Shown: piece by piece, positions 18,492 to 27,288 of the stretch | Layout of the letters: the number at the start of each line of letters is the position of its first letter | How positions within the stretch are numbered: position 1 is the stretch's first letter | Position numbers and translations under genes: made by a program | IMG/VR virus record: IMGVR_UViG_3300041809_000337 | Location: 1 to 50,961 of that record | Reading direction: 5' to 3' (one strand) | Source: a virus | Taxonomy: Duplodnaviria; Caudoviricetes | Length of the DNA stretch: 50,961 bases | The notes under the pieces: model-generated | What the model was told of the DNA's origin: nothing | Databases searched by the model: none | Seen by the model: only the letters and a program-made list of their open reading frames with translations

Positions 18492-18522
18492 ATTAAAAGA
18501 ATAGGCTTATTTGACGTGTATT

Positions 18523-18551
18523 AAAAAAGCCCGGCAGCATAACTACCGGGC
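18523..18551 (-). terminator. Rho-independent terminator of the leftward 19.9 kb operon
   Basis: GCCCGGTAG-TTATG-CTGCCGGGC-TTTTTT on the minus strand. Confidence 0.8.
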
Positions 18552-18619
18552 AAGTTCAGAATGATGGGTTCCGCTGGATGGCCTTGTAACCATGGTGCCG
18601 AACCCACTACATTATACAT

Positions 18620-18712
18620 TCAGAACATAACAAATATAAACGCACCCAGTAAGTATAGAAATATCCCAAAGCCTAAGACTTCAAGAACATCTATCCATAG
18701 CTTGTCTTTCAT
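18620..18712 (-). CDS. 30-aa single-TM peptide (not in ORF track)
   Basis: AAAGGA RBS; MKDKLWIDVLEVLGFGIFLYLLGAFIFVMF. Confidence 0.6.
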   Translation of the reverse strand: MKDKLWIDVLEVLGFGIFLYLLGAFIFVMF

Positions 18713-18762
18713 TTTTATTTCCTTTATTTATTATTTATTACAATTCTACAACATTATATTAA

Positions 18763-18859
18763 TGGGTTCGATTTACACTAGACCGACGGCCAGTATTGTT
18801 ACGCAGGCAAGACCTGCCGCAAATCACCCTGACCCGTCCCTCCAGTACAAACCAACCCA
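18763..18859 (-). other. ~97-nt long RNA hairpin in the leader of the TM peptide gene
   Basis: TGGGTTGGTTTGTACTGGA pairs with TCTAGTGTAAATCGAACCCA using several G-U pairs; inner GACGG/CCGTC and GCAGG/CCTGC stems. Confidence 0.6.
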
Positions 18860-18982
18860 CTCCATTAAACACTTCATTAGTAACAGTACCTAACACGTGT
18901 ATAGGTGGTTGGCTGTAGGCATGCGGCCTCATTTAAACCGTCGCAACTGCATTACTGCTGTAGTTGAAGGTCACCAACACCA

Positions 18983-19153
18983 TTATTCTACTACTTGGAA
19001 CTTACGGGCCCACCAGATTTCTCGGCTGCCCATTTCGTTTCGTGCTTCTTCTATTGCTTCTCGCCAATCGTGTCCGGAACAAAGTAATACTTGTGGTTCC
19101 CAGAACCCGAATTGCTCATACTGAACTTCACAGGTTACAATAAAGTGTTTCAT
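18983..19153 (-). CDS. Small hypothetical protein (56 aa, not in ORF track)
   Basis: AAAGGTG RBS; MKHFIVTCEVQYEQFGFWEPQ... Confidence 0.65.
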   Translation of the reverse strand: MKHFIVTCEVQYEQFGFWEPQVLLCSGHDWREAIEEARNEMGSREIWWARKFQVVE

Positions 19154-19256
19154 GATTTTACACCTTTCATGATTGTTATATAATATTGCGAACCCCTAAC
19201 ACGTGCTAAACACTGTTACTAATTGATAGGCACATCACAGACTAGCGGTTAATTAA

Positions 19257-19595
19257 TTAAGCGTAAACTTGGCTATTTACTAACTTTTGTATCTCACGGG
19301 CTAGCAAATGCTTGTATAAGTCCCATACTTGCTGATTGCTATATTTCTTATTCTCTGGATTAATACCAAGTGAATTTAAGAAATCTTCTTGCTCTTGGTA
19401 ATAGATTAAAAATGTACCACCTTCAACCAAATGTAGGCCGGTCATATAATTATTCTCGTTACCGATTCGCATTGAATTGATTTGCTCTGTTAAATTAGCA
19501 GTAGAATTGTCGTTATTCCATCCCATATCAGATGTAAAATAACTCAAAACATGTTCTTGCACTTTAGCAATGACTTGCTTGTTGTCCGTTCTCAT
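19257..19595 (-). CDS. Early hypothetical protein
   Basis: 112 aa, GGTFLIYY...WDLYKHLLAREI. Confidence 0.7.
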   Translation of the reverse strand: MRTDNKQVIAKVQEHVLSYFTSDMGWNNDNSTANLTEQINSMRIGNENNYMTGLHLVEGGTFLIYYQEQEDFLNSLGINPENKKYSNQQVWDLYKHLLAREIQKLVNSQVYA

Positions 19596-19598
19596 ATT

Positions 19599-19832
19599 TT
19601 ATATCCAATCCTTAGGGAAGGTTTTACTCCAGTTTATGCCTAGATAATCAGCGTAAGCTTTTGCATAGCCTTCCGTAATAGCTAAATCAGCACCATGATT
19701 AGTAACCCATACATAAGATTGTAAATCTTTAATTTTATCTTCGTACCACTGTTTAACAGTAGTCTTATTTGGCTTGAATTGATTCAAGTGGCTGCTCATA
19801 CCATTGTAAAAGTATTTAGTCAGAGTTTTCAT
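19599..19832 (-). CDS. Early hypothetical protein
   Basis: AAAGGA RBS; first gene after the strong promoter. Confidence 0.7.
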   Translation of the reverse strand: MKTLTKYFYNGMSSHLNQFKPNKTTVKQWYEDKIKDLQSYVWVTNHGADLAITEGYAKAYADYLGINWSKTFPKDWI

Positions 19833-19964
19833 AGTGTTTAATCCTTTCTGTGAAACTTATTGATAACTTAATTGTTATCTTAATAAGCCCTTACTGATGC
19901 TTTACCGTGATTGATTTGTGAAGTTTCAAGTTAAGTAATATCTTTTTGGCTTAACCTAACCTCT

Positions 19965-20023
19965 ATTGTATGCTCACATAACGGCTATGTCAATACCCAT
20001 TATTAAAGATTATCTGTGGATAA
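19965..20023 (-). promoter_or_regulatory. Strong early promoter TTGACA-17-TACAAT with upstream DnaA box
   Basis: -35 at 19988-19993, -10 at 19965-19970, TGTGGATAA at 20015-20023. Confidence 0.75.
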
Positions 20024-20336
20024 CTTAATATTTTACGACAGGCCATTTACAAGCCGCACCCACCCATTACAACCTTTAAACACTAAAATATACTACTTAA
20101 AGCCTAGAAGCGGTTTAAAATGCTTTAAAATGCGTCTAACGAGTTACCAGACTGAGTTACAACCTTGACATACTTACGCCCACTCAAAACGCACCCAACC
20201 CAATACATTAAAAGATGTACTAAAGTCTTAGGTTTATTCAATTGATTGTTTTTATAGTAGATTGTATTTTTATTCATAGCATTATCATAATATCACATAT
20301 TCATTTATAAGTCAATGATTATGTTATAGTTGATTT

Positions 20337-20795
20337 ATGGTTGAGTTATCTGAGAAGCAAGAGAAATTGATCGAGCTTAAGTCACAAGGCATGAAAAATA
20401 AGGATATAGCCGCCATATTATATCCTGAGGCCACAGAACACGCCGGGGCGGTGATTATATCACGTGAGTTACAAAAACCCCACGTCGCAAAATACGTCCA
20501 ACAGGGAAGAGACGCAATACTAAAGAAATATGATATCAATTGGAATACAATAATCGCCAAACTTGTGATCATGTTAAACGCAGAGAAGACAGACGGTTTA
20601 ACCGGTGAGATCAAGCCGGATTATGTCTTGCAACTCCAGGTTATCAAGACAATCCTACCCATGCTTGACAAGGCCAACCCACAACAAAACCCCATTAAAA
20701 ACTATCCAGAACTACAAAGAGCTTTAGACAAAGGGAATGAGGTTGAATTACAAAGACTTGTTTTCAAGAAAAACGAACCCATAACAAACCCATAA
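20337..20795 (+). CDS. terS: Terminase small subunit
   Basis: LSEKQ N-terminal HTH, A...SRELQKP.V..Y motif; upstream of TerL. Confidence 0.75.
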   Translation: MVELSEKQEKLIELKSQGMKNKDIAAILYPEATEHAGAVIISRELQKPHVAKYVQQGRDAILKKYDINWNTIIAKLVIMLNAEKTDGLTGEIKPDYVLQLQVIKTILPMLDKANPQQNPIKNYPELQRALDKGNEVELQRLVFKKNEPITNP

Positions 20796-20940
20796 CAAAT
20801 ACTTAAACAACTCATAATATAGACAAGTAAGAACAGATAAAAACTAACGAATACGGAACAGACAAGCAGACAACAGACTGGACTAGACAAAGCTTAAGCA
20901 TTTACAGCCCTTTTAAGCCTTTTTAATCTGTTAAGTTGTA

Positions 20941-21215
20941 TCAATCATCAACTATAGAACTAACTATACAGTCGCACATTACACATTGTACATTACACAT
21001 TGCACATTGTACGACCTAACTAACAGATACAGCCAACTCACTACATACATATACATATATACACACTATATATAGCGTACACATAACATATTAAGATATT
21101 ATATTAACCAACTTGCTAGGTTGACAATCAACAAGATTAACAGATACAGCTTGCCTAGTTGAGTGCTACACACCGTCATGTAATCTACACACTATATATA
21201 CATATATTAATCAGA
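20941..21215. repeat. Non-coding repeat-rich, strand-biased region; candidate pac/terminus region
   Basis: ACATT(A/G) arrays framed by GTCGCACA...TGTACGAC; TAACAGATACAGC x2; TACACACTATATATA x2. Confidence 0.55.
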
Positions 21216-21273
21216 CAGTCCGATTCACCCAGTCAGATTCTTCTCTCGCTGGCTAGAAAAAAATTTATCTCTA

Positions 21274-21326
21274 TTGACAATGTATAATGTATAAGGTACA
21301 ATGTATACATTAAAGGTATAAGGTAT
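21274..21326 (+). promoter_or_regulatory. Promoter TTGACA-17-TACAAT overlaid by 7-bp A(T/G)GTA(T/C)A operator-like repeats
   Basis: -35 at 21274-21279, -10 at 21297-21302; ATGTATA ATGTATA AGGTACA ATGTATA...AGGTATA. Confidence 0.75.
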
Positions 21327-21606
21327 GATTCAAATAACAGCCTATCTTAAAGATGAAGAAGATTTAAAGATATGGAAGAAGGTGGAGAACAAGTCAGCCT
21401 TCCTGCACAATACATTACAAGGTATACATGGTAATGTACAAGGTAGTAAACCAGTCAGAATTGATACTGTTCCTGAAGCTGAAGAAGCTGTCAAACAATT
21501 AAAGCAAGGAAAGAAAGTTAAGGACATGCATACTTGTCCTAATGGTCATTTGGTCCCAGAAGGTAGTACTAAATGTATGGCGAAAGGTTGTAAGTATAAT
21601 GGATGA
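21325..21606 (+). CDS. Putative ribbon-helix-helix regulator with C-terminal zinc finger
   Basis: QITAYL strand plus NKSAFLH helix; CPNGH...C...C. Confidence 0.55.
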   Translation: MIQITAYLKDEEDLKIWKKVENKSAFLHNTLQGIHGNVQGSKPVRIDTVPEAEEAVKQLKQGKKVKDMHTCPNGHLVPEGSTKCMAKGCKYNG

Positions 21607-21943
21607 GAGCGATAAGTTCGAATTTACGATAAAGATTGGGCCTGATGATGAGTTCAGGGGTTTGGTTGAAGCCAAATCTAAAGTTAGAAAAGTCGGTAAT
21701 GGAGATAAGGATTGGGTAGACGTTCCATTAGCTGCTGTTCCTATTATTAAAGATGGCTGGCCACCCATGCCGGATTACATGGATGGACGTCAGTACTATT
21801 TGTGGTGGAAGAACGGATTCAAGCTTCAGAACAAGGAAGGTTGGGCTGGGTTCGGTGAACCGGAAATATTTAATCCCTACCCAGAATACCCCAATGCAGT
21901 TATAGTTATGGCTGGTGCGAATAGTAGAAGGTGGGGAGCGTGA
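21599..21943 (+). CDS. Hypothetical protein (start MDESDK)
   Basis: Coupled between the regulator and TerL. Confidence 0.55.
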   Translation: MDESDKFEFTIKIGPDDEFRGLVEAKSKVRKVGNGDKDWVDVPLAAVPIIKDGWPPMPDYMDGRQYYLWWKNGFKLQNKEGWAGFGEPEIFNPYPEYPNAVIVMAGANSRRWGA

Positions 21944-21955
21944 TACACTTAAGGA

Positions 21956-23491
21956 ATGGACGCTAACCAGCTCAGTCTTATCAAGATAGCCCAGCGATGC
22001 CGGTGGGACCTGTTCTTTCTCGCTAAGTACATCCTCCATTATGATCTGATGACTGAGGATGTCCATGGGGATATGTGCAGATATGCCGAGTCCCTCTACC
22101 AAGCCCATCCTGCGGATTGGATACCGCCGGAAGAAAAAGTAGGCGAAGGGCTGGAAGACCAGTTCCATTACGGAAACTCGGATCTGATGATCCTTATGCC
22201 CAGAGGCACGTTCAAAAGTTCCGTCATCACTATCGGGTTCGCCCTCCAGTATATCCTGAACGACCCCAATGTCAGAATCCTGATAGACTCTGAGACGTTC
22301 TCCAAGAGCAAGGCGTTCCTGGCAGAGATCAAGGGACATATGGAATCCAACGAAGAGTATCGGGAAATCTTCCGGACGGTCCATGGGATTTATCCCAATG
22401 AAGGCAGGAAGAAAGAAATCCTCTGGACTGATTCACATCTGAATATCGCCTGCCGGACACGCCAGAGGAAGGAACCGACACTCTCCTGTGCCGGAATCGA
22501 CGTCACCAAGACGGGTATGCACTTCGACCTGATACTTTTCGACGACCTGCACTCCGAGACCAACGTGACGAACAAGGACCAGATCGACAAGGTCAAGGAC
22601 CACTGGAGACTGTCCTATTCCCTGCTCGACCCAGGCAAACCGATGATTATCGTCGGTACACGTTGGCACTTCGACGACCTCTACCAGATGATTCTCGATG
22701 ATTATCGGGACACGTTCAACATCCTGATAAGAAAAGCCATCCTGCCGGACGGCAAGGCGTTCTTTCCAGAGAGGCTTCCCTTGCCTGAACTGACTAAACT
22801 TAAACATAAGTTAGGTAGTGGGAATTTCAGCAAGCAGTATCTCAACGAACCTATCGACGATGAGACGGCCACGTTCAAGAGAAGGGACATGATTAAGCGT
22901 GACTGGGCGCTGGTCAAGGACAGGCCCGTCAACTGGTATCTCTCGGTCGACCCTTCCTACGCCGGTGAGTATTCAGACTACGCCGCCCTGGTCTGCGTGG
23001 GGATGGATTTCCTGCGGGAACTCTATGTGCGTCATGTCACCCGTCAGAAGATGACCTACTCGGAAATCATCGGTAAGATATTCGAGCTGAACCAGCAGTA
23101 CCAGCCCAAGATGATTATCTTAGAGACCGTCTTCGCCCAGAAATCCATCATGTACGAACTCAATAATGAGATGAAACGACGTGGGGTGTGGCTGCCCATC
23201 CAGGAAATCAAACAGCAGAGCAAGAGCAAAGAGGAACGGATTAGAGCCTTAGCTCCCTTCTACGAGTTCCACCACATCTACCACATTAAAGGTTGTCCCC
23301 AGCTGGACGAACTGGAGTACGAACTGTTACGCTTCCCGTCCGGTAAGAACGACGACACTATCGACGCCCTGGCTAACGTTCTCGGCTTTGCCCAAGCCCC
23401 TACTGCTAGGACGAAGGCGACTGAGGGTTATCCTGACGACCCCCGCCCTACTGCTTACAGACCACGCATTTCTCGCATTACGGGCTACTAG
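21956..23491 (+). CDS. terL: Terminase large subunit
   Basis: Walker A-like PRGTFKS, TG.HFDLILFDD, GTRWH..D, SVDP, DYAA, and DDTIDALA nuclease motif. Confidence 0.95.
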   Translation: MDANQLSLIKIAQRCRWDLFFLAKYILHYDLMTEDVHGDMCRYAESLYQAHPADWIPPEEKVGEGLEDQFHYGNSDLMILMPRGTFKSSVITIGFALQYILNDPNVRILIDSETFSKSKAFLAEIKGHMESNEEYREIFRTVHGIYPNEGRKKEILWTDSHLNIACRTRQRKEPTLSCAGIDVTKTGMHFDLILFDDLHSETNVTNKDQIDKVKDHWRLSYSLLDPGKPMIIVGTRWHFDDLYQMILDDYRDTFNILIRKAILPDGKAFFPERLPLPELTKLKHKLGSGNFSKQYLNEPIDDETATFKRRDMIKRDWALVKDRPVNWYLSVDPSYAGEYSDYAALVCVGMDFLRELYVRHVTRQKMTYSEIIGKIFELNQQYQPKMIILETVFAQKSIMYELNNEMKRRGVWLPIQEIKQQSKSKEERIRALAPFYEFHHIYHIKGCPQLDELEYELLRFPSGKNDDTIDALANVLGFAQAPTARTKATEGYPDDPRPTAYRPRISRITGY

Positions 23492-23514
23492 TGATACTAC
23501 TAGTGATACTTTTA
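23489..23514 (+). promoter_or_regulatory. Tandem late motif TAGTGATACTAC-TAGTGATACTTTTA
   Basis: Second copy starts 44 nt before the portal ATG. Confidence 0.65.
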
Positions 23515-23544
23515 TAAAACCAAGGTCTGTGGTTAAGTCGGTAT

Positions 23545-25962
23545 ATGGCAAATATACCTCAGGCTAATACTTCTGGCTATACCGACCCATCAACCATCCC
23601 TGTAGACGTCAACTATCCAGTCAATACCCAAGGCACCGGCGGTACGACTAACACTGGCATGGGCGGGCGTCCGGCCCTCAGAGGCCAGATCAGTTACAAC
23701 CCGGCCAACAAGAAAGAACGTGAAGTCAGACGTCAGACCTACTACCGCTATTACCAGATGCGGGACAACGACTGGCGGACAGAGGCTGAGCGGGAGTGGG
23801 AAATGGCCGACAAGGAATACCAGCTCTGGCTGAGTGACGAGGCCCTATCCTCGATGACCACCCAGAACAGTTCTTCAGCCGCTGCTTTTAATTATTCTTA
23901 TCCCACCACGGGAATACCCGACCCAGACGAAACCCGCTCCAAACTGAAACTGCCTGACGCTTTCGCCGCTATCCAGTCCCACATGCAGGAAACTATCGCC
24001 AGGAAAAGCCGTCCGACCCTGACAGCCACCAACTCGTCGGAAGAACCTGTCCAGGAATTTGCCAACTCAGTCCTGAACTACAACATGAACAACACCAACT
24101 TTGATTATAACTATTATATGAGTGGGTTGGCCGCAGCGATTCGGGGCACGAGTTTCCTCTACGACTACTACCGGCTGGAGCAGCGCTGGGTCAAAGACCT
24201 TGATGACATCGATAAGGACGGTAACTATATATATAAGGAAAGACAAGTCACTGACTGGGACGACGACTTCACCGAGTGGCTGCCCAACGAGTTCTGCTAC
24301 ATAGACGAGAAAGCCCGAACGATTGACTACGCTGACGACGGTGTCCGCCGTGAGATACTGAATATCCGTGATTTCCAGCGCATCTACGGCATGAAGAAAG
24401 ACTTCATCAACCAGGACCTCGTCACCCGTGGCGGCGAAACCACCACCCGCAGTTTCTTTAAACTGCCTAAAGACATCACCGGCAATGACGTTGAGGTACT
24501 CCACTATTTCAACCGTGCCCTGGATGCCTACTGGGTGGTAGCCAACAACGTCGTCATCCACTACGGCCCGCTCCCCACCAAGCACAAGGAGATTCCGTTC
24601 GCTGTCCGCTACTACTACCGGGTGCCTGGACGGTTCTGGGGTATGGGGATTCCGAGAATTATCCACATGCTGGCCGAAGAGCGCAACACGATTAGGAACA
24701 TGAACATGGATCGCCAGCACATGCAGATCAACCAGATGTTCTTCCATAACAACATGTACGATATCGACGAGGAAGACCTGGTCACCCGCCCAGGCGGGCT
24801 GATTTCCATCGACACCAACGGCCTGCCGATTAACCAAGCTATCCAACCCCTTGTTATCCCAGACGTCGGGCCGTCTTACTTCAAGACCGACGAGATTATG
24901 ATTCAGGATATTTCCAGGGCAATCGGTATCGACCTGGAGAAAGAGGAAGAACCCAGTGCGACGGCGACGGCTGCTGCCCTCAAGCAGGAGAACTACCTGA
25001 AGCGGATTGTCATGCTGGCTACGCTCGACGAAATGGAAACGATAATTAGAGTCGGACGTCTGAAGTGGAGCAACATCCAGTTCTTCTATCCGCTGGGACG
25101 GATGGAGAAAGTCACCGAGACCCGTGAGGAGAAAGAGCAGCAGGTCTTCAAGACCATCACCACCGACGGCAAGAAGTTCCAGGTCAAGAACGTCAACGGC
25201 ACTCCCACCCTGAACGTGGAAGACGTTATCGGCGCTTCTTCGTTTGAACTCAACAAGAAAATGGCCAAGTATCTGGAGGGCAACTTCGATATATCGGTTG
25301 ACGCCACCCAGTTCACCCCCGTATCCAGAACTGTCCAGCAGACCAGGACGACAGAGATGTTCACCTTATTTATGAGCAACCCCCAGACCGCTGCCCTGAT
25401 AGACATCGGTAAGGGCATGTCCCGTGTCCTTAAGGTCAATGACGAGAAACCGCAGGACTGGCTAGCAGGCTTCAACCAAGACCCAGGCAGCGCCATGCTC
25501 CAGGCCGAAACTGAGAACCGTGTCATGGCTGCCGGACAACCCCTCGGCCCCACCCCAGGCGCTACCGAGGAACACACCCTTATCCACATCATGTTCACCC
25601 AATCCCAGGAGTACAACCAACTCATCCAGACCAAACCGTTTATTAAACAACTCTTCGCCCAGCACATCATGGGCGAGCACGAGGCCAACCCCGCCACCAA
25701 CTCGGCATCCCAGGCCATGAGCGCCAACGGGCTGGGCGGCAACCAGAACGGCCCGCCAGCGCCTCCAGGCAATCCGCAGATGCAAGGCCCTAACGCCCAA
25801 CCGCCAATGGGTGCCAACCGCCCCACCCCGCCGACAGCCGTCGGTCAAATGCCCAACCTACCGGCTATGGGTCTGACCTCTCAACCCCAGAACCAGCCTC
25901 TCGCCCAAGCTGGCGGTTTCACCCAGACCCCACTTAATAAACCAGTACGTACTAGCGTGTAG
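23545..25962 (+). CDS. Portal protein (podovirus type) with Pro/Gln-rich tail
   Basis: 805 aa after TerL; IPF......PGRFWGMG, RPGGLI and TATAA motifs. Confidence 0.9.
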   Translation: MANIPQANTSGYTDPSTIPVDVNYPVNTQGTGGTTNTGMGGRPALRGQISYNPANKKEREVRRQTYYRYYQMRDNDWRTEAEREWEMADKEYQLWLSDEALSSMTTQNSSSAAAFNYSYPTTGIPDPDETRSKLKLPDAFAAIQSHMQETIARKSRPTLTATNSSEEPVQEFANSVLNYNMNNTNFDYNYYMSGLAAAIRGTSFLYDYYRLEQRWVKDLDDIDKDGNYIYKERQVTDWDDDFTEWLPNEFCYIDEKARTIDYADDGVRREILNIRDFQRIYGMKKDFINQDLVTRGGETTTRSFFKLPKDITGNDVEVLHYFNRALDAYWVVANNVVIHYGPLPTKHKEIPFAVRYYYRVPGRFWGMGIPRIIHMLAEERNTIRNMNMDRQHMQINQMFFHNNMYDIDEEDLVTRPGGLISIDTNGLPINQAIQPLVIPDVGPSYFKTDEIMIQDISRAIGIDLEKEEEPSATATAAALKQENYLKRIVMLATLDEMETIIRVGRLKWSNIQFFYPLGRMEKVTETREEKEQQVFKTITTDGKKFQVKNVNGTPTLNVEDVIGASSFELNKKMAKYLEGNFDISVDATQFTPVSRTVQQTRTTEMFTLFMSNPQTAALIDIGKGMSRVLKVNDEKPQDWLAGFNQDPGSAMLQAETENRVMAAGQPLGPTPGATEEHTLIHIMFTQSQEYNQLIQTKPFIKQLFAQHIMGEHEANPATNSASQAMSANGLGGNQNGPPAPPGNPQMQGPNAQPPMGANRPTPPTAVGQMPNLPAMGLTSQPQNQPLAQAGGFTQTPLNKPVRTSV

Positions 25963-25999
25963 TGTTGATTGCTAATTATGAAAGGCTGTGTATAACTTA

Positions 26000-26245
26000 A
26001 TGACAGGACTTAGTTCAAAAGACAAGCAAGCCCTTGCAACTTTATACGAGTATCCAGAATACAAAGCACTGATTAAGTGGAACGAGACTAAGATTAACGA
26101 AATCGGCTCCCAGATTATTAGCGTAGTCATGGGTCAGCCAGGCTCGTCGGAACGTGTCGCCATGCTACAGGGACAGGCCAACGCCCACCGCTTTATGCTG
26201 CTGGAACTTAAGAAAATCCATAAAGACAATACCAAAGAACCTTGA
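26000..26245 (+). CDS. Small conserved protein following the portal (start MTGLS)
   Basis: LQGQANA motif; position between portal and scaffold. Confidence 0.65.
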   Translation: MTGLSSKDKQALATLYEYPEYKALIKWNETKINEIGSQIISVVMGQPGSSERVAMLQGQANAHRFMLLELKKIHKDNTKEP

Positions 26246-26272
26246 GTTTCTGTGAGTTTCTGTGAGTTTCTG
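26243..26272 (+). repeat. 3 x TGAGTTTCTG tandem repeat
   Basis: Read directly. Confidence 0.9.
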
Positions 26273-26380
26273 AATGTTGATACCTGCGGACCCACCCTCC
26301 CCGCAGATACCAGCATTTAGCTGGTTAGAAAAAATCTAATTACGGGAGCAATCCCAGGGAAAAAATCCCAGGAGTTTAAA

Positions 26381-27259
26381 ATGGCAAAACTATCTGACAA
26401 GCAAAAGGCCGCAGCAATCTTAGGGGACGTAGAGGGAACCCCAGTCGAAACCCCCATACGAGACGAGACAGGCCCAGCGCCCGAAGAACAGCAAACCAAC
26501 GATGAAATCGAACCAGTCGAGGAGAAATCAGAGCTTGAACCCGAAGAAGAGGAAGTAGCAGCAGCTAATCCTCCCGAAGAGAAAGAGCCTGAAACCGAGA
26601 CTAAACCTTTTACAAAGCAATTCCCTAATCTTAAAGGTGAAACAGCTGAAGAATATCTGCCGGAACTTGAGAAAGCCTACGACAACAGTTTCAAAGAAGC
26701 CTTGAGATTGAAGAAAGAGAACGATGAGATGAAGGCCACCGTTGCCCAGGCGCAACAGGTTATCGCCCAAGTTCCAACTCAGACTCCACCGCCTCCAGCC
26801 GAACCCACCCCAACTGTTCCTGCACCTGCTTCAATATCTACACCCGCTACTTTAGCCGAACAAAGAATACTGGCTATGGATACCACAAATATGTTTGCGG
26901 CCTTTGATGAGTTTACCAAAAGTTATCCACAGGCCAGAAACGAGCAGGAGTTCGCTGATTTCCAAAAAGTCAGCAATGGCGTGAACCAAGCCTTGACCGA
27001 CAGACTAGGCCGCACCCCGACCTGGCTGGAACTATACCAAGGTATCGCTGGTACGCTCAGTTGGCAACCCACTACCCCCACCCCGACCAAAGACGCAGTC
27101 ATTAAAGACGCAGGCGTCAGCTCACACACTAACTCCACTACCCTGCCGCCGGCCAAAAGACCGAAAGTCAGCGATGCCCAAATAGACGCTTATCAAAAAA
27201 TGTTCACCTCTAAGACTAGGGAAGATGCTATAAAAGATTTGTCCGAAGTAGTCGCTTGA
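26381..27259 (+). CDS. Capsid scaffolding protein
   Basis: Acidic Glu/Pro N-terminus, ELEKAY coiled coil; AGGAG RBS; precedes the capsid genes. Confidence 0.8.
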   Translation: MAKLSDKQKAAAILGDVEGTPVETPIRDETGPAPEEQQTNDEIEPVEEKSELEPEEEEVAAANPPEEKEPETETKPFTKQFPNLKGETAEEYLPELEKAYDNSFKEALRLKKENDEMKATVAQAQQVIAQVPTQTPPPPAEPTPTVPAPASISTPATLAEQRILAMDTTNMFAAFDEFTKSYPQARNEQEFADFQKVSNGVNQALTDRLGRTPTWLELYQGIAGTLSWQPTTPTPTKDAVIKDAGVSSHTNSTTLPPAKRPKVSDAQIDAYQKMFTSKTREDAIKDLSEVVA

Positions 27260-27288
27260 ACTCCATTTACTAACTAAAGGAGTTTACT

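Noticed and set aside
21728-25848. Long minus-strand ORFs within terL and portal
   Set aside because: Expected from GC3-rich codons on the sense strand; no motifs or RBS
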